Source: Octopus vulgaris
Taxonomy: Eukaryota
Direction: 5' to 3'
Length of the DNA: 64,000 bases
Assembly: GCA_951406725.2 (NCBI GenBank)
Contig: OX597827.1
Coordinates: forward strand, 82,274,001-82,338,000
A program made the position numbers and the translations under genes. Positions within the stretch are counted from its first letter, which is position 1. The number at the start of each line of letters is the position of its first letter. Shown here piece by piece: positions 29,692 to 44,619 of this stretch. The notes below the pieces were generated by a model that had not been told where the DNA came from, did no database searches, and worked only from the letters and a program-made list of their open reading frames with translations.

Positions 29692-29774
29692 GATAGATAG
29701 TTAGATAGATAACATAAAGATGTATATCTTTAGTGCCGGCATATATATTATGTGCAAAACAGTTCAGTACAAAC

Positions 29775-29839
<65 letters not shown>

Positions 29840-30231
29840 TCTCACACATGCACATACAAACATACATACACGTGTGTGTGTTTTTGCATATATGTATAGT
29901 GTGAGGTGTACATATTTTGTATATAATATATATAGCACCACTAAAGATATACATCTTTTCACCATAATGGTCTTTTTATAGAGACATCTGACTGCCATAT
30001 CTCATCCTCACTTTACATCATACACACATACTTATAAACACACACATATATATATATGCATGCACACACACACACATATATATATATGTATGTACATACA
30101 CCCATGCACACATACACACATGGAGGAATATAGAATTCAGTGCATATGTAGTCAGATCTCTACTCAATATTGAAACATTTTCAGTGCTCATAGATATACA
30201 TCAGTCTTAAATAGAGTCATATACATACATG

Positions 30232-30279
<48 letters not shown>

Positions 30280-30470
30280 CATATATATATGTATGTATAT
30301 ATATTTGTGTATATATATATATATATGTATATATGTGTACATATATGTATGTATTATATATATATACATATATAGAGGTGACATTAATTTTGTTTTTGTG
30401 TGAGTGCGTGAGAGTGATGTTAGATATACTTACATAAATGGTGATATAGATAAACTTTGAAATATGCAGC

Positions 30471-30519
<49 letters not shown>

Positions 30520-30624
30520 TCTGAAAGATAACTTCACATAGACACTATGAAGTACTATTCACAGAATGTGTTGAGTTGCATAAAAGTATCTCTCTTTATC
30601 ATTGTGAGTGTGTATATATGTATG

Positions 30625-30711
<87 letters not shown>

Positions 30712-32196
30712 GTATATACATGCATATATATATATACTCACACATACATACTTTCATATATATATATATGAACATATATATATATATACATATGCATATA
30801 CATACATGTATGTATATGTATAGCACTATATGCTTATTAATATGTATGTATATGTATATACCTTTACGTATAGGAAGAGACGCATGCATAATTACATATA
30901 CGCATTCATATGCAAATATATTATACGTATATGTATGGCACATATGTGCCATACTTGATATATCTACATACATGGTAACTACACAATGCATATATATATA
31001 CATGAAAACATATATACATATACTCACACATATATATATGTACATATATGTATGTGTATATATTTATATATATATGCATATATATATATATTTATAATTA
31101 TATATTTATGCATATATACATATTTATACATATATATATGTGTGTATATATGTATATATGTGTGTGTATATGTGTGTGTGTGTGTATTTGTACATGTGTG
31201 TGCATGTGTGTATGCATGTATGTATAAATGGAGGGAGACACTTTATTCTTTGGTGTATTTAATGGGATCTGATAGCTGAAGAATATTTGGTGGAAACCAT
31301 GAATCTAGGCAGCCGGCATCAATACTCATCCTCCACCCCAGTCACCACTCTTCACACGCACACACACACACACGCACACACACACGCACACACACATCAC
31401 ACTTTGCACATCACAAGTCACACACTGCACAGAGACGACACCAATGGCACACACACACACACACACACACTGCCATTATAGCCACGCACCCCCATACATC
31501 ACAGCACTGCTCTATGCTACACAGCTCATTTCCCTCTCTTCTTCCAAGTTTTTTTCCATCTTCTTCTTCTTCTTCTTCTTTGCCATTTGAATACATTCAA
31601 GATGGTATCTAATGGAACGATATGAAGAAGAAAATGGTGAAAAATTATTCAAGCAAGAACTATTAGAAAATATACCATAAAGAAATAAACCATACTTGTG
31701 TGTGCATGTGTGTGTGTGTGTATCAGATGTATATTATATGTGTGTGTGTGTGTGTGGTGTATATGTATGTCGGTGTATATGAAAAGTATACTGTATAACC
31801 ATAATGAACACGAAAGTATGTGAACTCATCAATTAACCTCCTTGATGACTAGTTTCAATGGCTGAACAGCCGCCCTACCAAAAATAAAAAAGAGGGAGGG
31901 GTGGACGGGGGGGGGGGAGACGTGATGGTGGATGTGTGTATATATATATATATGTATATATTTTATATATACACACATACCTGTAAGCATGTATATATAT
32001 ATATATATGTATGTACGTGTATATATATATATGTGTGTGTGTGTAAATATATTTATGCATATAAATGTATATGTATATATATGTACATATGTATCTGTAT
32101 GTATATATATATATATATATATAGTCATACATATGTACATATATGTATATATGTGCATATATATGTATATATATATATATATATATATAAATATAC

Positions 32197-32237
<41 letters not shown>

Positions 32238-32264
32238 CGTGTATATATACACATATATATATAT

Positions 32265-32297
<33 letters not shown>

Positions 32298-32329
32298 CAT
32301 ACATATATATATATACATACATACAAATA

Positions 32330-32370
<41 letters not shown>

Positions 32371-32822
32371 ATATATATATATATACCTATATATGTCTAA
32401 AGGTAAAGAAAAGTGTCACCCCTATTGCATACCCTCCTCCCCTACACTGGCACACATAAAATCCACGTTGCTTATTTGTTCCTGTGTCGTCCACAGACAT
32501 TTTAGACGGCAGCCATATTGCACTGGTTCTTTTGAAAGATGTGCAAGAGGTGGAGGGTGGGCGGGGGGGAGGAGAGTGTGAAAGATGGGGTAAGGGTTGG
32601 GTGGGCAGGTGGGCGATGGGAAGACCAAAAAAAATAAAAGGTTAAACACAGATCTATGTGCTGGTGTGTGTGTGTGTGTGTGTCTTTGGATGTGTGTAAA
32701 TGTATTTGCATTTATGTATGTGTATGTATATATTTTTTGTTTTCCTTATGTTTTTATATATGTGAGTGTATATATATATATATATTTGCATTTACATGTG
32801 TGTGTGTCTATATTTGTGTGTG

Positions 32823-32889
<67 letters not shown>

Positions 32890-33720
32890 GTGTATATGCA
32901 TGAATACATGTGTATATATACATATGCGTGTATGTGTATATATATATATATATATATACATAATATATAGACACACACATGCATGTGTATCTACCTATAT
33001 ATATATATATGTGTATGTATATATATATTTATGTATGTGTATGTATATATATATGTATATTTATATATAAATGTATGTATGTATGTATGTATATATATAT
33101 ATATATATATGTATGAATGTATGTATATACCTGTGTGTCGGTGTATAGATAGATGTGTGTGTATATCTCAGCTGCAGATATTTGTTATTTACTCATAAAT
33201 TTTATGTTTTATTTTTCATCTCTCTCTCTCTCTCTCTCTTTTTATTCCACACAAATTCTTTGAGAGAAGCCTCACATATTTTGTGAGTATTTTTGTGAGA
33301 AATAAAAAGTTCTCAGTTTAAAATCCAGTTTGATGTGGACAAAAATCTATTTTTAACATTCTCTCCAAGAATATAAAACAAGAAACAAGGAAAAAACTGT
33401 TACAAATGTTTCAAAAGTCTTGTGTCTAATTCTTATCATTATCTCCTGACTCTCCTCCTTGTTGCCCGCCTTACTCTCCACCTTGCCCTCTTCTTAGTAA
33501 TTCTCGTTACTAATTCTGAAGGATTTGCTCAAAATGTTTTCATCCTTTTTTATTATATTTTTTAACAGTTTTCATTTAAAAAAGTAACTTGTTTAGGTAA
33601 AAAAAATTTTAAATATTGAAAAGATTTTAAAATTTATAAATTTAAAAAGATTGAGGAAACAAATTTTAGATTTAGTTTTCGGGAGAATAAGGAAGAGAAA
33701 GAAGTTAACGGATAAAATGG

Positions 33721-33768
<48 letters not shown>

Positions 33769-34411
33769 TGATTTTTTGTTTAGACCCAGGCTTTATGGTG
33801 TTGGCGGCAGGGAGGAAGGTGATGTTGTGGCATTGATGTATTTTGGTTTGAAAATGGGATTGATGAAAGCCTTTCATTGTGTCGTGACATACTTCAGAAA
33901 CTGATGGTGATGATGATGATGATGATGGTGGTGGTGTGTATGGGAGGGAGGTTTATAATGAACAACAATGATGGTGGTGATGTTGATGATGGTGATGGTA
34001 ATGGTGATGGTGATGATGTCGATGACAATGATGACAACAACAAAGGTGATGTTGATGATGACAATTATGATGACAATAATCATGGAGGTCATAGTAGTAG
34101 AGATGATGATGATGATGATGATGACAATGAAGCTAGCAGAGCAGCTGCATCGAATGATGATGAGGCTGAGATATGTCACACTGCTTCCACTGACCTACAC
34201 TGAATCAGGGAGATGATGATGATGATGTACGGAATGATTGATAGAAACATTGGTACAGGTGGGGCTGTGTAGCAAGAAACTTGCTTCCCAACTACAAGGT
34301 TCTGTGTGACACCTTGGGCAAGAGTCTTCGGCTATAACCTCTGGCCGACCAAACTCTTTTGGATTTGGTAGACAAATACTGAAAGAAGAGCATCGTACAT
34401 GCATGCATACA

Positions 34412-34448
<37 letters not shown>

Positions 34449-35167
34449 TCATCATCATCATCATCATCATTTAACGTCCACTTTCCATGCTGGCATGGAT
34501 TGGATAGTTTGACTGAGGACTGGCGAGCCAGAAGGCTGCACCAGGCTCCAATCCGATCTGGCAGAGTTTCTAAAGCTGGATGCCCTTCCTAACACCAACC
34601 ACTCCGAGAGTGTAGTGGGTGCTTTTTACATGCCACCAGCATGAGAGCCAGTCAGGTGGTACTGGTAATGACCAGGCTTGAATGGTGCTTTCTATGTGCC
34701 ACCAGCATGGGACATATATATATATATATATATAATAAAGGGTAAAAATCGTTAATGATTTTTACCAAGTGGTCAGCACGTAGGTAATTATTTTTATTAC
34801 TTTAAGCTTGAATCACGATCCTGTCCACAGTTAACCAAAAGTTTTAATTTGTTTTCTTTCTTCTGCTAGCCTATTATGTGGTGTGTTTTTCTCAGAGAAT
34901 TTATGGTGGTAATAGTGTCTTTTGATGTCTATTTTTCAGTGCTTGGTGAGACACAAGCCAAGACCTTGTTATAATTATGTATATAATTATATATTATTTA
35001 TACATACATATACATATATATGTATATATCATTATCATCTTTTTAATGCCTGCTTTCCATGCTGGCATGGGTTGGATAGTTTTACTTAGGGCTGGCGAGC
35101 CTGAAGGCTGCACCAGGCTCCAATCTGATCTAGCAAAATTGCTACAGCTGGATGCCCTTCCTAACAA

Positions 35168-35225
<58 letters not shown>

Positions 35226-35295
35226 CACATATATATACCTATATATATATATATGTATGTATATATATATATATTTATATATATGTATATATATT

Positions 35296-35366
<71 letters not shown>

Positions 35367-38300
35367 GTATATATATATATATATACATGTATATATATGT
35401 ACCTATCCACCACTGGACAAAATAACAAGAATCCTGGAAGGTATCACCGGAAGTCTATGACATATTTCTCTTTCCTATGCCTAATCCATTTTGCTGCTAA
35501 GTTGGACTCCTCTCACACTCCAAGTCTTGCTCCTATTCTTCTGATGCCCTCTTCAATAAGAAATATATACTGTGCCTATTAGTAACTGACTCTTGTATGT
35601 ATCGACTCTCCTAACCATTTAGACCCTCAGATGAAGCCTAGAGGCACACTCAGTATACAAACTCTATCTGCCCATCCCTACAGAACACTGAAGAGATGGA
35701 GACAGCATGCAGGATGTCATGGCCTCTTGGCAGAAATGGCTGTGAAGAACTGATCCGTTCATCTTTTATGTATTACTATTACTATTATTATTAGTAGTAG
35801 TATATTATTACTAGTATATATTTGTGTAGCACACAGTCTTTGCAGGTATATATATTCTAATAATACTCCCTTTTGTTTTGGAATAAATAGACACTACAGA
35901 ATGTCCACCAGCTGATGGCTGTCATTTTTGTACCCCCTCCATTTTCTTTTGGCCATATATATATTTATATTGAAGTGATTTTACTACTACTACTAATATT
36001 TTTACTATAATCATTTCTTAAATATAGCCACGAAATATGTGTCGTTATTCTACCAAATATATACGTTTTATTTATTATTTTGCAAATTACTTAATCGTCG
36101 TTATATTTTTTATCTTATATTTAATTTTTCTATTATATGTAATTTTCTAGATGGTGTAATTTAATTTTTCATTTTAAATTGATAAAAGGTGGGTTTTTTT
36201 CTAATTTATATATATATATATCATCCTCATCATTTAATGTCCATCTTCAATGCTGGCATGTGTGCGTGTGTGTGCATGCATATGTGGTTGTGTTTGTCTC
36301 CTGCCCCAACCAGTGTTGGTGTGTTTATGTTCATGAAAATTATGGCAAAAGCAACAAATTGAATATGTACCAGGCTTAAAAAAAAAGTACTGAGATCAAT
36401 TCATTCAACTAAAAGTTCTTCAGGACTGTGCCCCAGAATGGCCTCAGGCTAATGACTGAAACAAGTAAAAGATAAAAGACAAAAAATAAATTTACCTCTT
36501 AGTTGGTGAAAGAGATCAAATACTTAGCAATGATTGTCTATGAATCTCAAACTCAAAAAAAAAACGGTAATTTCAAGCAATTAAGATTTTACTCCAAGGG
36601 TTCACAGGGGCCATTTTCCCAGTTTCCAGAACATATAAGCGACCAAGATCATAACATACCCCCTGGACAGGATGCTAGTCTATTGCAGGATAACTCATGT
36701 ACAGCTGAATGGACAGGAACAACATGAAATGAAATATTTTGCTCAAGAACTCAGCACACGGAATTGAAACCATGGCCTTGTGATTGGAAGTGCAATACCC
36801 AAGCCACCCAATTTCTCAATCTTATAGTAAATTATTTATTTTCATATTTAGAGGAAAAAAATCTGTTCTTGTTAGTGGACAAGATGATGGCTATGGACAT
36901 GTTTCCACCTTATTAAACCTCATCAGATGCACAAAGTCATCTCAAACCATGCAAATTTTTTAGTAATTAGAAAAAAGTGCTATGGACAATATAGGACAAT
37001 AGTAACTGATTAGATTTCTTAATAAATTAATACTAATTATAAGCATACTAAAAATAATTGCTATATTTTATATTTAATATTGATTTTAACAGAGGCTTAG
37101 GGACTTGAAGATTCTGTCAAGGGGTTTTAGCTGATATAGTTGACCAAGGACTTATTTAGCATTCTATAATTTTTAGGACACCCAGGAATACATTCCAAAG
37201 TTGGTCTTAGGTTTGTCTTTAGAATTTTAAGAGACGGAACAAAATGCAAAATGCAGCAAAGTGTTGAATGAGTGCATGTACGTGTGTATGTGTGTGTGTG
37301 TGTTCATGTAGCTGTATGTATGCATGTATGTGTGGTGGGGGGGGTGCACGTGCATTATCTGATCAAGTCACCTACTTGGTTCCAAGATCATAAATATAAC
37401 AATATAAGATATAAATAGATCTGAAACAAACAAATAATTGCAAAATAAACAAATAACAAATAAACAAATAAAATGGAATCTTTTCTCTTTTTTTCTTTTT
37501 TTCTTTTCGGTTTTCTCCTTTGGAAACATTTAACATTTAAATTTGCAGGAAACTTTCCTTGTTCCAGATATGATAATCTTGTAACCTGAATCACAATGGA
37601 ATGTTCTTTCTGCAAGGAGCCAAGTTCACCCATATTTCGAATCCAGTGTGTTGGAACATAAATGGTTATTCCAGTGATAAGGAATATAGAACAGAGAGTG
37701 TATCTGGGAATTCTGACTTCATAATCACCGTTTTGGGATGGTTTTTTTTTTGTTGTTTTGTGTTATTTTTGTATTCGCTAAAATATTTCCACTCTTTTCT
37801 TCTTCTCCTCAAGTTTGTTCACCTTCAAACAGTTGCCGAGCTTATCTATGCTGGTGGGATCTTACCTCAGTGTCTATTATTATCAACAGATTTAAGGCCC
37901 ACCACCTTCATTATCTGATAAATGTCAAATATATTTATCATTGAGTTCAATTCCTGGTAAGGTTAGTATTACATTTTTCCTTTCAGGATCAATAAAACAG
38001 AACCAATCCAAGGCAAGTGAATTAATAGAGGGTGGGATGGATACCTTGTGGTATTTGTTACAGTTGTTTTTGGTCCAAGTCCTTGGGTGGTACATTTCAT
38101 ACATTCTGATTTAATAAGACCTCTTGGTCCAGTCTGTTGCCACCCAATTTAACATAACCATCTGATCCTTGGGTACCTTTAGCAGAGTTCAATGTGTTGT
38201 CTCCCAGTTTAAGACCACCACCTGGTCCCTGGGTACTTTTAGTCTATCCTGTGGTCACCTTGTTTATCATAGCCACTGGGGACCTTTATTCAAGTCAACT

Positions 38301-38711
38301 CTATTCTTCTTTGGCTTAACTCTGCCACCTGGTCCTGGGGTACCTATAGTGGAGTCCACTTTCTTGCAAGCATTTCAGCCGAGTGTCCTCACTTCATTCT
38401 ACTAAGAAACCCTTAAAAATAAAAGATCACGAACCCTACCATTCTCTCTCCTAAAAATGGTAAAATAAGATTTGTTTTTTTTTTATTTATTTCATCTAAT
38501 CTTCTCTAATGAAATAGCTTATACATCGAAATTTGTAAACAAAACACTATTAATGGACCTTTTACATCAACAACAGCAGAAAGTTACATAATTTTGAAAA
38601 GTCTCATATATTTTCCTTGATTCACAGAAAGAGAATATGAAGTTGAGAATCTCTTTCTCTTCCTAAATCCCCAGATTTTTACCATTTTTACTCAAACAAT
38701 TTAACTGTTAA

Positions 38712-38921
38712 CCCTTTAGCATTCAGATTACTCGGTCAAATGTAATGCTTATTTATTCACATTGTTTAAATTAGTTGTACATCATCTTGTAATTTCAAGG
38801 TTTTGACAATGTTACTAATTAGTTTTAGAATGGTATTGTAGGCTAGGTGTGAGAGGCCAGACCTGGCTGGTTTGAACATAGACTATTGTCGCCTGATGTG
38901 GTCAGTTTAAATGCTAAAGGA
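38712..38921. mobile_element. piggyBac-type MITE
   Basis: TTAA-CCCTTTAGCATT ... AATGCTAAAGGA-TTAA. Confidence 0.8.
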
Positions 38922-39270
38922 TTAAACATAATCTGGGGATGCAGCAATTATTTATGAAGAAGGTGACCATCCATGTTCTCTTTTCACAGATTTCAAATGA
39001 GACACGTACAACTGTTAAGTTTGTGATCTCCTTCATAGAACATCGCATTGGGTGTCAGTCTCATATGACTACAAAAAGGTTCACTCTGTTTCCTTTTAGC
39101 ACAAGTTTTACTAATATTTCTTGTGTTAAAATCATGCACATATATCTCACTCACCACTCTCTCTCTGTGTATATGTTTGTGTGTATATGTATATATCTAT
39201 TTATATATCCAAAATGTCAGTTGAATTTATCATTATCAAGTTCCTATCTCAGTTGTTTATTCCTGTTTCA

Positions 39271-39356
39271 AATTTTACCAGAAGATGGTGGATTTATGCT
39301 ATTATGTCTTCTATAAATCCATCAATAAAATTCTACCGAAACAGCTGTAGAAAATT
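39271..39356 (+). ncRNA. Hammerhead ribozyme remnant with enlarged loop II
   Basis: AATTTTAC CAGAAGA T GGTGGA...TCTACC GAAA CAGCTG T A GAAAATT. U4A change; palindromic stem III ACAGCTGT. Confidence 0.7.
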
Positions 39357-39448
39357 TTAAACCCCACTTCTTCCTTTCTATATTATTTGTGTGTGTGTAT
39401 GTATTCTATTTTATATATATACATACGTATATATATATATATACATAC

Positions 39449-39488
<40 letters not shown>

Positions 39489-39959
39489 GTATTATTTAAA
39501 AATAGGATAAAATCTTTATATGATTTTATCAAGTAGTTAGCATGAAAAACCTCATAAGGGAAAAATTTATTAATTATTCCCTTTAAATATATTTATTTTA
39601 TAATGCCCTGAATATATATATATAATTTTCAATTGGCATGCATACAACATAGATGTATGATGGACTTCTTTCTGTTTCTGTCTACCAAATCGTCCCCTCA
39701 CAATGCTTTTGGTTGATTAGGGGCTATAGAGGAAGGCACTTGCCCAATGTGCCAAGCATTGAGACTGAACCCAGGAAGATGTGGTTGGGGAAACAAACTT
39801 CTTAACTCCACAGCTCTGCCTGTGTATGTGGTGCACTCTTCCATCGAAGACAACGAATGAGTATTGAGTGAGAAACCAGAAAAGAAAAACAACCAAAGAA
39901 AAACAACCAAAGAAAAACAACCAAAGAAAGACACTCACATTCCTATTACTATTCACCAA

Positions 39960-41290
39960 TGTTTACGATTCATTCACTTCCCCTGATGACTCCTCGTGTA
40001 AGTGCTCAGGTCACCAAAAGTAATATGGAGATGGACATGACTTATCAGACCCAGCAGGTGATCTTGCTAAGAAACCACCATGTGGACAATGGCTATTTAC
40101 TGGAAGATTGTTGTTCTGTCAGTTTCCCTTCTTCTTTCCCCATAAATGCTTTTGATGTGGTTTTGAAATTTGGAAGCTGCAAGAACCCTCTCTTCTCCAG
40201 TTTGCATGGTCTTTTGCAAGATTCTCAAAGTTTTCTTTCCTAATTCTCAAGCATTTCAAGTTATCTTTTAATCGGTCTATATTGCAGAGTGAATTTACAA
40301 GCTGACCATAAAACATCTGTTTTTGTAATTGACCACTCTTCGTGCAAAGACTGTATCCACAGCATTGCATTTGAGATTTGATCAAGAAAGCCTCTCTACC
40401 AGAGATATTCCACACACTTTCAGGATAATGCCATTCTTCACTCTATCATCCCACCCAGCCTTGCATATTTGCCTAACACATCTCAAATGCAATGCTGTGG
40501 ATACAGTCTTTGCACAAAGAGTGGTCTTGTCCTGGTTTCTGATCCTTATAAAAGAGTTCTTAAGACAACTGACTTGGGCACATCAATTTTTGTACTTATT
40601 GAAATATCACAAGCATTTTAAAGTCTATCATGAATCTTCCCAAAAGCTGTCCTGGCCTTTCCAATACCATTCTGTACCTCCCTATCAAGTTTAGCATCAC
40701 TTGTTACTATAGAACCCAAATATGTGAAAGCATCAACAGTTTTCAGAGTGTTGCCTTCAACAAACACGCAGGGCAAGATTTCTAGATTGTTACCAGAATG
40801 TGGCTGATACAACAGTTCAATCATTTCTATGCTGATAGTTAAACCAATACATCTGGCTGCTGCTGCAAATTTATAAATGATGTGCTGAATGTTCTCAAGG
40901 GTATGATCTGAAAACGAGTCCCAAAATGCTGTTGGTTTCCCTATCCTACATCAGAAAAGGCACAATCCAACATTACTGCAAAAACTAGTGCAAATAATAC
41001 TGGTGCCAAAACAGAACCTTGCTTTCGAACAGAAGCCTTCATATCGTTATGTAGAGACACTATGACCTTTAGCATGTGCTTGGGAATCTCAAGTTTTGCT
41101 AATACTTTCCACAAAGCCTGTCTATATACTGAGCCAAAGGCTTTTGTGAGGTCAACAAATACCACATATTGTACTCCTGGGCCTTCTCCTGAACTTGCCG
41201 CAAACTGAATATCATATCCATTGACCCTTGACCTGACTTAAAACTATACTGGCTCTTTACATAGACAGAACTAAGTCAGTGTTAATTCTG
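39960..41290 (-). mobile_element. Decayed RTE LINE RT region (BovB-like)
   Basis: VFVDLTKAFGSV.RQALWKVL, KQGSVLAPVLF, TVDAFTYLGS and REVQNGIGKARTAFGK motifs; multiple deletions. Confidence 0.85.
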
Positions 41291-41334
41291 CTTAAGGTGA
41301 CTATATATATGCATGTGTGTGTGTGGGTGTGTTT

Positions 41335-41905
41335 AAATTGAGGATATAGTCATTAAAATGATTATACTAGTGACCAGCATATAAAAAGTACCATATCAGT
41401 AAAATTAATATTCAAGTACATAATTATAATTAAGGGAATTGGAGGGACAACACCAGTACACTAGAGGTTGATGTCAAATGTCTACAAACCACTCTAAATT
41501 TGTTCTTTTTTTTTGCACAAGGCTGAATGTGAGGAAATGGAGAAGAAGATGTATAAAATTTTGGACAATTCTATATCTTAAGATTTCGGGTTTTGTAATA
41601 AAAATTACTTTACAATCTTCAGTATATAAATGAAAAATATATACAGATACCGATAAATACTTGCATACAGATATCAATATATAGATACGTTTCCTGCACA
41701 TACGTTATATCTAATCACCCATCTCAGCCATGGGGTTATTGTCAGAAGAGTACCGGAGCAAATATAATAACGAGAGAACTCAAAATTATATATGCATATA
41801 AATTGAGGATATAGTCATTAGGAAAACAAATTTAGAGTGGTTTGTAGACATTTGACATCTACCTCTAGTGTTTTGGCATTGTCCCTCCAACACCCTTAAT
41901 TATAA
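41335..41905. mobile_element. Penelope-like pLTR array (direct plus inverted repeats) with HHR at 41571-41628(-)
   Basis: Direct repeat AAATTGAGGATATAGTCATTA (41335, 41800) and ~80-bp inverted repeat 41421-41503 / 41825-41905. Minus-strand core CTGAAGA...CCC GAAA TCTTAAGA T A. Confidence 0.65.
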
Positions 41906-41931
41906 TTATAGATTTATAATTATATGCTTAA

Positions 41932-41976
<45 letters not shown>

Positions 41977-41978
41977 TA

Positions 41979-42020
<42 letters not shown>

Positions 42021-42386
42021 GTGCAGAGCGCTGTATAGTTGTATAAGATGTTTTGGAATTGTATAGAACTATGAAGAATCAGACAGAGTAATGTAGAGTT
42101 GTGTATAAAAGTGTAGAATTGTATAGGTTGTTGCGCAAGAGTGTAGAATGCTTTAGTATGCTGTGGGTAGAAGTAGTAGTAGTGAGGGAAGTGGTGATGT
42201 CGTTATGGTGGTGGTGGTGGTGGTGAAGAAGATAAAATGAGAAAAAGTGAAAATGTAATGATGGCTTTAAAGAGAAGTGGAGAAAATGGGGGAGTGGGGT
42301 TCGTTGAAGAAACAAAGAAGAAGTATGGATATATAAAGAATGTTATATAAAGACATATAATGATGCATAAAGATCTGTGAATGAGG

Positions 42387-42417
<31 letters not shown>

Positions 42418-42726
42418 CATGCACATATATGCATACATATACAAAGATATCCATTCAGACACATATATAAATATGTGTGTGTGTGTGTGTGAATATATGT
42501 AGTATAATGATATATAAAATATATAACAACTATAACAATTTATGAAGAAGTGTATATATAAAAATATATAAAGCTCTATAAAGTTGTACATAATAGTATA
42601 ATGTTGTATGAAGATGTACAAAGATATATAATGTATATAAAAAACGTGTGTGTATGCATATTACACACACACACACACGTAATATATAAAGAATGATATA
42701 TATGTATATATATGTGTGTGTATATA

Positions 42727-42784
<58 letters not shown>

Positions 42785-42883
42785 CATGTATGTATATATA
42801 TGTATATGTATACATGTTTATATGCATGCATATATATATTCATATGTATATATACATATACATGTATATATATATATATGTAT

Positions 42884-42923
<40 letters not shown>

Positions 42924-44454
42924 TATATATATAAGATAGTTATATTTAATAGTATGAAGAAAAAAAGGTGAAAGAATCAAGAGAAAAGTTAGAAGGAGAG
43001 TAAGGAAGAATATTATGAAGAAATACGAGAATTTCTTGCTAATAATGTATCTCTTTAAAGAAAGGTAAACGTTGCCAAAATACTGGCCTAAGAGGGAGAC
43101 GGTGGGTGGGGAGTGAGAGGGAAGAGGTAGAGAGAAAGCAGTGGTGGAAGGAATGGGTTTGATTGAGGAAGTTGAGTCTAGTTATAATAAAGACTGACTA
43201 CTTGACAAAATGGTTCCCCCCCCACCTCACCCCTCCGCTCCCCCTCCACTTAATTTACTCCTCTTTTTACTGTGTGAATATAAGATTGGCACAGAGTTTA
43301 CAGGGTTTTGTTAACGATGGTTTATGACCTGTTCATTGTTGTAGTTGTTGTGGTTGTTGTTGTTGGTGGTGGTGGTGGTTTCTATTGTTGTTATTGTTGG
43401 TGGTGTTGTACGAGTGGTGGTAATGGTAAACTGTTGTAGTGTTGTTATTAGTGTTGTTGTTGTTGTTCATGGTGGTGGTGATGTTAGTAGTATTGCTGTT
43501 ACAGTTGCAGTGGTAATGCTATTGGTATGCTGTTGGTGGTTGTCATAGTGGTAAGGGCAGTAGTAGTAGTGGTAGTATTAATGTTTTGGTTGTAGTGACT
43601 CACTCCATCAAGTATGACAGTGTCACTTTACTATTAAATCTTCAAGCAACGTCTGTGGGGAGGGGTTCTCCCCTAACACTCAGTATTTTGCTCTGCTGAT
43701 GAGGTGTAATAACATATAAACATGCTCACAGTTGCTCCCCTTTACTCTCACTCACTGTTGCCACTGTATACCATATTCAATTAATTTAAATTTATTTACA
43801 TTTATGACAATTAGTTGTTTTAATTCTTCTGATTAATTTTCCTCATCACTTATGACTAATTTTAATGGTTTTTTTAATTAATCAAAATACCTTCGTTTAT
43901 ACTACATCACTTTATGATAGAATCAGCCCCTATATTATAGAAGTGTTGTGTCCCTAACAACCTAATTGTGACACGTAACAGAGATCAACATTAGAATAGG
44001 GTTGCTTCTATAAACAAATGCACCAATGCTGGAATCACTATGCGGTCCTTCAATCTGCAAGAAATAGCAGCTAAAATCTCTTAAGTGGCATAGTAGAATC
44101 ATAAAAATGGAAGGACATATTGTAGCTAATACAGCAACATGAATAGCTTGAGAATTGGTGCAGCAGATGACTTGAGTTTGGCCAGCTTACTTGCACTCTA
44201 CTCACACATGCTGGTATTTAATGAATATGAGAATGAAATTCAGGTTGGTAGTGATGTTGTGTCACCCTCTGGATTGGATGGCCATTATTACAAAGGGAGG
44301 TAGTTGTCTCTGAGCAACGTGTTGGGTTTAAAATTTTGAATTTGAAATCAAAAGGTATGTAAAATATAAAAGAGACCACATATATAATTTGAATTAATTT
44401 TTCTATTAATTATTATTCATGTTGAAGTTCTTAACAATTTCAAGGTAGTGGCAA

Positions 44455-44500
44455 TCTTATACAGTACTGTTTCACCCTTTTTAGGAATCTTCAGGATGAC
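44455..44500 (-). ncRNA. Hammerhead remnant
   Basis: Minus strand: CTGAAGA TTCC TAAAAA GGGT GAAA CAGTACTG T A. Palindromic stem III; stem I decayed. Confidence 0.55.
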
Positions 44501-44619
44501 TTAATCTGTAAATTTATGAATAAGTTATTTTACAAAGAGAGACATTATAGAGGAGTATACATAGTTGGGTGCATGTGTGATTAGTCTTTATGTGTGTATC
44601 TATGGCATACATACTGATG

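Noticed and set aside
31612-31680. 22-aa ORF MERYEEENGEKLFKQELLENIP
   Set aside because: Too short and purine-biased to distinguish from chance.
33877-34216. Asp-rich or Met-rich ORFs
   Set aside because: Degenerate (GAT)n trinucleotide tract with no domain or splice support.
37601-37918. 105-aa ORF after an acceptor-like TTTGCAG
   Set aside because: No recognisable motif and it runs into a T-rich tract. It could be a UTR exon but cannot be supported as a CDS.
38150-38350. CRISPR-like repeat-spacer appearance
   Set aside because: Eukaryotic context, degenerate repeats, related spacers and no cas genes.
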